From positions 30,072,001 through 30,136,000 of the forward strand of contig CM052817.1 of assembly GCA_028534125.1 (NCBI GenBank): 64,000 bases of DNA. Direction: 5' to 3'. This stretch comes from Lama glama. Taxonomy: Eukaryota. The stretch's first letter is position 1. The number at the start of each line of letters is the position of its first letter. A program made the translations under genes and the position numbers. This document shows positions 55,850-64,000 of the stretch, piece after piece. A model generated the notes under the pieces. It was not told where the DNA came from. It made no database searches and saw nothing but the letters and a program-made list of their open reading frames with translations.

Positions 55850-55956
55850 ATAAGGAAAAAGAATATGAAAAGGAATATATAATATAGCTGAATCACTATG
55901 CTGTACACTGGAAATTAACACATTATAAACCAACTCTACTTCAATTTAAAAAAAAG
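55850..55956 (+). mobile_element. Short LINE-1 3' terminus
   Basis: ctgaatcactatgctgtacactggaaattaacacattataaaccaactctacttcaatttaaaaaaaa. Confidence 0.8.
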
Positions 55957-56689
55957 CTATTTTCAAATATTTTCTCATCACTGAAATCACATAGTTTTCA
56001 GTTTAGGAAATGGCATTGGATAATCTGCTCTCATAACTTAAATGGTCATAACTATATTGAAAGGATATTTGCATGTTCTGAAAAAAGTCTAAAAAAAAAT
56101 TCACTGACAAAATAACAGCATAATTTGTAATTCTCTTCCTATGTCTTTGCTAATAATCCAGTCTCATCAATCAAGCTTAAGCAGGCCACCTGTATTCCTG
56201 AAGCAACTTCTAAACCTGCCCCTAGACTAGAACCAGTGAGGCTTCCTAATCTTCCTTGCCGTGGCTTATTAATGTATTTTGCCTCAGTCACTCTCCTAAT
56301 TGGCAGTGGCTGGCGGGGCTGAGGCTCTGAGAGCGGGCGGGAGGGTGGCTGGTGGGCTGGCAGCGTGCTGATTAGCAGGTGCTGCCTTGTGCCAGAGTCA
56401 GTTCTGGGATGCCAGGTGTGCCGCCCATCAGCACTCCGCAGCCCATGCCTTGTGGAAGACAGGGATTTGGAACAAGTTTGGCAGAGGCTGTTTTTGCCCT
56501 GCACGGGCTTTCTGTTCGTTCGTTTCATATCCCACTACTGCCCAGGCATTCGACTCCTGTGACCGCTTTCTCCCTACTTTCCAATTAAAGCCATCCATAT
56601 CCCTTTCTGAGGCTGTACCAATTCTTCAGCCTAGACAAACTGAAGCTATATCCAGCTGACTTTCTGATTTTCTTTCTCTTTTTTAAAAT

Positions 56690-57050
56690 TTCTTTTAGCT
56701 TTATTGGGGTATAATTGGCAAAGAAAATTGTAATATATTTAAAGTGTACAGTGTGATGAATTGATACACATTATGAAAGGATCCCCACCATAGAGTTACT
56801 TAACGCATGCATCATCTCATATATTTATGTGTTTTTTTTTTCTGAGAGGGGTGAAAACACAAGTTCTGTTCTCTTAGTCAATTTCAATTACACAATACAA
56901 TGTTATCAACTATCGTCACCATGTTATTAGATCATCAGACCTTATCTGTCTATTAACTGAGAGTTTATAGCTTTTACCAGCCGCTCCCTATTTCTCCTAC
57001 CCCAGCCCCTGGCAACCACCATTCTGTCCTCTGTTTTCTATGAGCTCCAC
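56690..57050 (-). mobile_element. LINE-1 3' end (L1MA-type)
   Basis: agctttattggggtataattggcaaa...aaagtgtacagtgtgatga...cccagcccctggcaaccaccattct. Confidence 0.85.
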
Positions 57051-58884
57051 TTTCTCTTAGCTTTGATTTTTCGCCCCGTTCTTATGGAATGCCCTTTCCT
57101 ACCTTGGCATGCCTTGATCCATAGACCACTTGAATTCGTGGAACATTCTACAGTATCCTTGGTTATCAGAAAATACCTAAACTTGCTATCTGTTGAATAT
57201 ATAAAACAATAAAAGCATACATTTACTTTAGGATTTAAGAAAACCTGCACACATATTGTTTTAGGAATCCCTATGAAGTAGATAGCATAAGTTTTATATC
57301 AAATTACAGCAGATAAAAAAATCTAGAGTTTAGAGAGATTACACTCGCACTTAATGCAGAAGTAAAATCAGGACTTGATACACGCTGTCTTTGTCCTGGT
57401 GCATTATTCTTTCAAATATGTAGCTAAGCACTCAAAAGTGTTAGCTGCTTTAAAGGAAAAAATATATATATATTCATTATATCAGATCATGATTATCTCT
57501 TTACTAACTACAATAACCTCCTTATGAAGGAACCTTCTGCCCAGTAGATGACTGTTTTGTCAAAAGTTAATGTGGAATGTTCTTATTTTTCCAATCGCCA
57601 GTTTTCCAATCACCAATAGTATGTGTTTCATAAATGCAGCAAAGTCTCTAATATCAAAGGGGTGCACATTCTAATTTCAACTCCTCTGCCAATGTCTTGT
57701 TTGCTCTGTTTTCTTATTCTATTCACGGCATGAAGCCAGATCTCAAAGGTTGGGAAATTTGACATCTGTCTTCCAGGGCGTATTAATTTCATAACTGTAA
57801 TAGTTTTTTTGTTTTGTTTTACTTGTGGGGGAGGTTACCCACCACAGAAAGCCTCAGAAGCAGAAGGAGGGCAGATGATTTAATAATCTCTAATCAGTTT
57901 ATAGACCATCTCCTTGTGGTGGATTCAGGGAGAAAATCTTGGAGAGGGTAGACACTATTTTGGTAACTGCTATATATCAGTTAGATGAAGTCCAAACTCA
58001 GAAGGAGGCAGAAAACAGTGAAGGATGGAGTGAGAAGAAGGAGGCTGGGCAGGTTTCAAGTCTTACTCCAGACAGGACATAGGATTTTTATCTTTTACTT
58101 GCACAAGGATATACATACACACTCACAAGGAATTACGTTCACTACAAGTCTGACACAGAATAACTTGTAGAGATAATAGTAAAATGCTTTTACCACCTAA
58201 CAGCTCATATGCATGAAATTATGACTTCTGGATCCTTAAACCTGTATTACAAATCATGTGCATAAAATGTACAGGTTCGAATATAGTCTGAATTTTTAAC
58301 TTATAGATGTTATTTTTGTAATCAATCTTTAAAAACGTGTACATTTGTTATAGTTCAAACTAGTAACCTTGCTACTAAGACATTCTGTAGATTTAAAGTT
58401 AAATATTCATCTATTTCTCTCTCCTTTATACTGAGGTAGTTTTCTATTGGCTTCTTTTAACATATGCATCCATGCGATTTATGCTATGAATCTCTATTTT
58501 TATTTGCCACAATGCAGTATTTTATTTTCCTTACATTTGTTGAACAAATACTGCGTTATTTAATTTATCTGATTTGCTCTATATTTATATATAAATTTAG
58601 ACCTTTCTGGAAGATCCATTCTGGTCTAATCATTTCCTTTCTGTTTTTAGTTATGATGTAATTTTCCCTAAAACCTTTGTTTTCTGCATTATTTGTGCTC
58701 TGAAAAATGTGTAACTATTTTTCAAGCCATTTGAATGGAAATTTTCTCTTATTTTTGGTCACATCAAATTTTTTTTGTCTTTGATTTAATTCTTTGCAAA
58801 TTTTGAAAGAGACATCTGAGAAGATTCCTCAATCCTGGGAAATCCTCGATGTGCTCATTCAATGCTATTATTTTTTCAACTCTT

Positions 58885-60720
58885 GACTTTTAAAAGTTAC
58901 TATAAAGGAGATGAAATTCACATAATATACATTTAATCATTTTAAAATGTGCAATTCAGTGGCATTTACTCATTCACAAAGTTCTGCAATCACCTCTCCC
59001 TAGTTTCAAGATGTTTTCATCACTTTAGAAGAACACCCTGTTCTTACATAGTCACTCCCCAGTTTCCTCTGCCTCCACCCCTTGGCAATCACTAAACTGC
59101 TTATTGCCTTTATGGATTTGTCTATTCTAGATAACACATATGAAAGAAATCATAAAATATGTGACCTTTGCATCTGCCTTCTTTCACTTAGCATGATGTT
59201 TTCAAGATTCATCCCTGTTGTACCATGTTACCAGTACTTAATCCTTCCTGTGGATGAATGATGCTGTACTGTAAGTATATACCATATTTTGGTTATCCAT
59301 TCATCTACAGAAGGGAGTTTGGGTTGTTTCCATTCTTTTGACTATTAGGAATGATGCTACTATAAACCCCTGTGTACAACCTTCCCTGTGAACTTACATT
59401 TTTATTAATCTTAGGTAATGCCTGGACGAATTGGTAGACCACATTGTAATTCTGTATATAACTTTTTGTGGAATAGCTGAACTGCACTCTTACCAGCAGT
59501 ATAGGAGGGTTTCTACTTCTCCACAACCTCACCAACACTCATGTCCTTTTGTTTTGCTTTGTTTGTTTTATTATCATAGCCATCCTAATGTGTGTGAAAT
59601 GGATTTTAATGTGGTTTTGATTCGCATTTCCTTAATGTCCAATGATGCACATCATTTCTTGTGCTTGTTTGACATTTGTATATTTCTTTAGAAAAAACAA
59701 AAAGTCCATTCAAGTTCTTTACCCATTTTTAAATCAGTTTTTTTTTTTTGGTCTTTTTGTTTTTTAGTTGTAAGAGTTCATTCATTATTCAGGATATTAA
59801 ACTGTTATCAGATAAGTGATTATCAAATATTTTCTCCCACGTGTAAGTCGTCTTTTCACATTCTTGATGATGTACTTTGAGACACAAAAGTTTTTAACTT
59901 TAATGAAATTCAATTTATCTATTTTTTTCTTTGTTACTCATGCTCTTGATGTTAAATCTAAGAATCCACTGCTAGATATGAAACCATAAATATTTATCCT
60001 ATGTTTTCTTCTAATAGTTTTATAGTTTTAGATTTTAGACTAAATTTGTGTATCTGTTTAGTTAATTGTTTAATCTGGAGTGAGGTAGGGGTCCAACGTC
60101 ATTCCTTTGCATGTGGTGGTGGTCATCCAGCTGTCCCAGCACCATTTGGTGAAGAGACTAATATCTCCCAGCAGAATAGTCTTAGCACTCTTGTGAAAAT
60201 CCACTGGCCATAGTTGTTTGTGTTTGCTTATGGTCTCTCAGTTCTATTCCATTGGTCTATATGTCTATCCCTGTGGCACTGTCACACTATTTTGATTAAC
60301 GTAGCTTTGTACTAGATTTTGAAGCTAGGAAACGTGAGTCCAGCAACTTTTTAAAAAAAATATGGTTTCAGCCATTTGGAGCCCCTTGCAATTTTATGTG
60401 AATTTGAGGATCAACTTTGTCATTTCTGAAAAAAAAAAGTCACTGGACTTTTGACAGGTATTGAATTGAATCTATAGATTGCTCAGGGGATTATTCTCAT
60501 CTTAACAGCACTGTCTTCCAATTCATAAATATGAGATGTCTTTTCATTTTAATTAGGTCATAGTTTCTTTCTGCAATGCTTTGTGATTCTCAGTGGACAA
60601 GTCTTTCACATACTAGGTTAAATTTGTGCCTAGGTATTTTATTCTTTTGGATGTTATTATAATGGAATAATTTTCTAAATTTCTTTCTGAATTATTCATT
60701 GAGAATCAAACTGATTTTTT
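58885..60720 (-). mobile_element. LINE-1 3' end plus ORF2 C-terminal region (L1MB-like)
   Basis: aaattcacataat...ttcactttagcatgatgttttcaagattcatcc-type motifs...tcccagcaccatttg. Confidence 0.9.
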
Positions 60721-61724
60721 TCTCCACTGTTAATAAGAATAGCTAACAGTTATATAGTGCATATTAAATGCCAGGCACTGTTCTCAGAGCTTCACACATG
60801 TCTATGGCCTCAAAACACTATGGTCTATATGTTGTGTTAACATGGCCTACAAGGCCCATCTCATTTAGGCCTCAAACTAAACTTCGATTGTATGTACACC
60901 CACTGACACTGAAACAGCTCACTGTCACTGAATACATTATGTTTTTTCATCCCTTCATATCATTGCAAAATTAATCCCATTTGGCTTGGATTCTTGTTTC
61001 ATCTCATCTGCCTGGGACACTACTACTCATCCTTTAAGACTTAAGTCAAATGTTAGCTCAGTTTTTCAATCAGTTCTCTGCATGAGGATCCATGCTGTTG
61101 TCTTTTTTAACGACTTGTACATGCCTCTTTTATAATGCCTTCATTTTGTGGCGACACTATCTTTCCTGCTTCTTCTGGTACCTTCCATCATACAGAGCTA
61201 GTTGAATGCAGGAACTATATTTTATATGTTTTTGCAGATTTAGGGCCTGATATAGTAACCAACAGAGTAGATTTTCAATAAAACTTTCCTAAATCAATGA
61301 GTGGATGAAATACATGAAGGTAATCTACTTTGTCAAAAATGTGCTCAGCCTAGTTCATTATCCAAAAAGCAGTAACCAAATTTCCCTGCATGGTCTAAAT
61401 CAAGAAAATTAACTTTGTTATTAAACACACTACTGTTAGCAAATGAGGAGTCTCTTTTTATCTCTCTTTCCCTTCCTCTCTTTCTTTCTTTAACTTAAAG
61501 TACTAAGATCTTTGTTCATCTAAAAACCAAACAAAAAATAAAATAAAAAACATAGAAAGGCTAGAAATGTGGTACTATTATACTCTACAGTAAAAAAAAT
61601 ATGAGAATACTAAAAATATTCTTCTTTCACTAACATGGAAACAAATATTGGCAAGCAAAATGATTTAACAGAAAGAAGACAATGCATTTCAGAGTATCTA
61701 AGTATTGTTTTTATCCCTTATTCA

Positions 61725-61880
61725 GAGTGTGACACTGACTCTGTATTTTACCTCCCTGAGCCTCAGTTTCCTCACCTACAAGGTGAACCCAATACTCCCG
61801 GCCCCACACACCACAAACTACTGGGGTGAGGATCAAGAAAGATAACGCGTTTGAAAGTGCGCAATGAAACAAAACGTCCT
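61725..61880 (+). mobile_element. MIR SINE immediately downstream of the TM1 exon donor
   Basis: cctccctgagcctcagtttcctcacctacaa...gtgaggatcaagaaagataacgcgtttgaaagtgc. Confidence 0.8.
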
Positions 61881-61905
61881 GTACAGCAAAGGGCGTAGTT
61901 ACTCA

Positions 61906-62076
<171 letters not shown>

Positions 62077-62889
62077 TTAAGAAGCTTAGGAAACTGCAGC
62101 AGTCAATAGTTGGAACGTTTTGGAAGTGGAAGGGATTAGAGAAAGAACAGTCCCTGATTTTAAAAAGGAAAGAGTTTATCCTATATGTGACACGGAAAGT
62201 ATATAACATTTAAATGCCCCCCTTAGTGTAGCAAGAATATTTAAAAGAAAAATTTAATATGACCAAGAAGCTTGAACTGTGTGTGTGCACGGTATGGCAT
62301 TCGTTTTTCTCTCTAGGTCATGCTTACTGGCCAAGGGCGTAGAGGATTCATGAATGCTCTCTGCTCTCTGATGGTAGATTATTTTACTTGCTCGGGTCCC
62401 TCAGACCTTCTGGTACCAACCTCAAGCCTCGATTTTGATTGTTTTCAGTCCACTCCTCTCCCACACTTTAAAGTGCTGATTTCTGCCCACATCTCCAAGA
62501 CTGATCTTCTGGCCGAGATTTTACACTTTTGATCCTGTCACCAATTCTGAACGTCTCAGTGCTGTATGTCTGTTCTAATTCACTGCAGTCAGTTCTATCT
62601 GAGCCTCCTAGCTACTTTCCTTTCTGCTCTCTGGGTTTACATCTGGCAGATGTGAGGTCATTAGTTCATTCATATGGCTGCTTCTCCTTACATGAGTGTG
62701 CCCATGGGAAAGGACTAGCTTTCCCAAACAGGCCAGGAGTAATTATCCATAAATTAAGAGTTGAATAGTCGTGACTTATCCAAAATAGGGGAGAAAGAAT
62801 TAGAAGGTGAGGGAAATTGCAACACTGTTTCAAAGTAAAATTGGCTTCGCTGGAAACACACATTTTTTTGAGTTGGTTGCATACTTTAG

Positions 62890-63035
62890 ACCGGTGTTTT
62901 TTGAAACTTGAATGCACACCTTGGAATCTCCTTGAAATCTTGTTAAAATGCAGATCTTGACTTAGTAAGGGGTCGGCCTGAGATTCTGAATTTGTAAAAA
63001 GTTCCCAAGCACAATCTGTACTGCTAGCTCTTAGA
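62890..63035 (+). mobile_element. MER5-like hAT DNA transposon
   Basis: gtgtttttgaaacttg...cttgttaaaatgcagatcttg...ggcctgagattctgaattt. Confidence 0.75.
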
Positions 63036-63137
63036 CATCAAGAGGAAAAGGTTTTAAGCTAACTGACACACTTCCAATGACTTTAACCCATTTAATATTC
63101 TTAGGAACTAGCTTTTCTTTAGACTCATTTTACTTAC

Positions 63138-63281
63138 CTGTACTAGATTTAATTGTCTCCTTCCCAATTGATTGGCCCAGCAGATCATATTGATTTAACC
63201 TGGAGCCATCAGGAGCAACTTGTACTGAATCAGATGCATTGTATGTCCAAATATAAGTGACCTCTGAGGTTGTATATGCAT
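63138..63281 (-). CDS. GABRA2: GABRA2 coding exon, 144 nt, extracellular domain: (Y)[47 protein letters not shown](G)
   Basis: Manual minus-strand translation. Acceptor ttcctacag|AT, donor ACAG|gtaagt, phase 1/1. The peptide matches GABA-A alpha-2 and includes an N-A-S sequon. Upstream exons lie beyond the window. Confidence 0.97.
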
Positions 63282-64000
63282 CTGTAGGAAATGAGGGGGG
63301 AAAAAAACTATTACAGTAATTTTAATAAGAACCACCAATAATATAAAACATCAAAGATGTTTTCATAGGACTGTATTTCATAGAATTACTGTTTACTGTA
63401 AAAAATTGGTATTTACAGATCATATTTTGGGAGGTAAAAAAGTGTCTTTGAAATTTACAACTTCAGTATGAAGGCTGTGAAACAGACCAAGAGAGACAAT
63501 CATAACCATAAGAGTATTTTCATTGCAATCCTGAGAGATGAAGAATGAATTTCTCTTTGGAGTCCGCAAAAATCACTGGGTCCTGGGATGCATGGTGCCA
63601 AGGTAGTAGACGAAGGCATTGTAATATACAGGTTGTGAACGCCCAAAGCCCATTTAGCTATTTCATATAGAACAGCAATTGCTGATGAAATAACAGTCAT
63701 AATCCAAAATGTCACTACTCTCTGGACATAAAAGTAACTTTTGTCTACGTGGGAAAATAATAATGGCCTATATTGTATTTATTATTTCTGTAGTTAATTT
63801 TGTAGATTTCTCTTCAACACCTTCACCCAGTTAAGAATTAAATGACTTAGCTGTCGTGACACAATGCATTTCATTAGAAGAATGAAAACTAATTTTGCAG
63901 AATCTGTAAAATAACTGAGAATGCTATAGTTCCATAAACACTTTTTAAAACCTGTTCATTCTAAAATTAATTAATGCACACAGATCTCACTGGACTATAC

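Overview
Mammalian genomic DNA, AT-rich and repeat-rich, with one 500-N assembly gap. It is probably a camelid, judging from a Vic-1-type tRNA-derived SINE and Vicugna/Camelus-type L1 3' ends. The window holds the 3' half of GABRA2 (GABA-A receptor alpha-2 subunit) on the minus strand. There are four canonical coding exons (63138-63281, 61911-62063, 39190-39392, 27546-27842), all with GT-AG sites and compatible phases. They are followed by a long 3' UTR of about 6.8 kb with proximal and distal AATAAA signals, then about 20 kb of repeat-rich downstream sequence. The main observation is absent from the ORF track: a 180-nt, phase-0, stop-free cassette exon (33276-33455, minus) in the last intron. 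It would insert 60 aa into the TM3-TM4 cytoplasmic loop, just upstream of the gephyrin-binding [10 protein letters not shown] motif. A 57-nt partial copy of its core lies 1.27 kb away. Other oddities are a SINE with an internally inverted B-box, a TSD-flanked L1 3' end with an apparent 3' transduction, and a possible degenerate ERVL-type provirus. Repeat family names come from recalled consensus motifs and their boundaries are approximate. Almost all ORFs in the supplied track are spurious.
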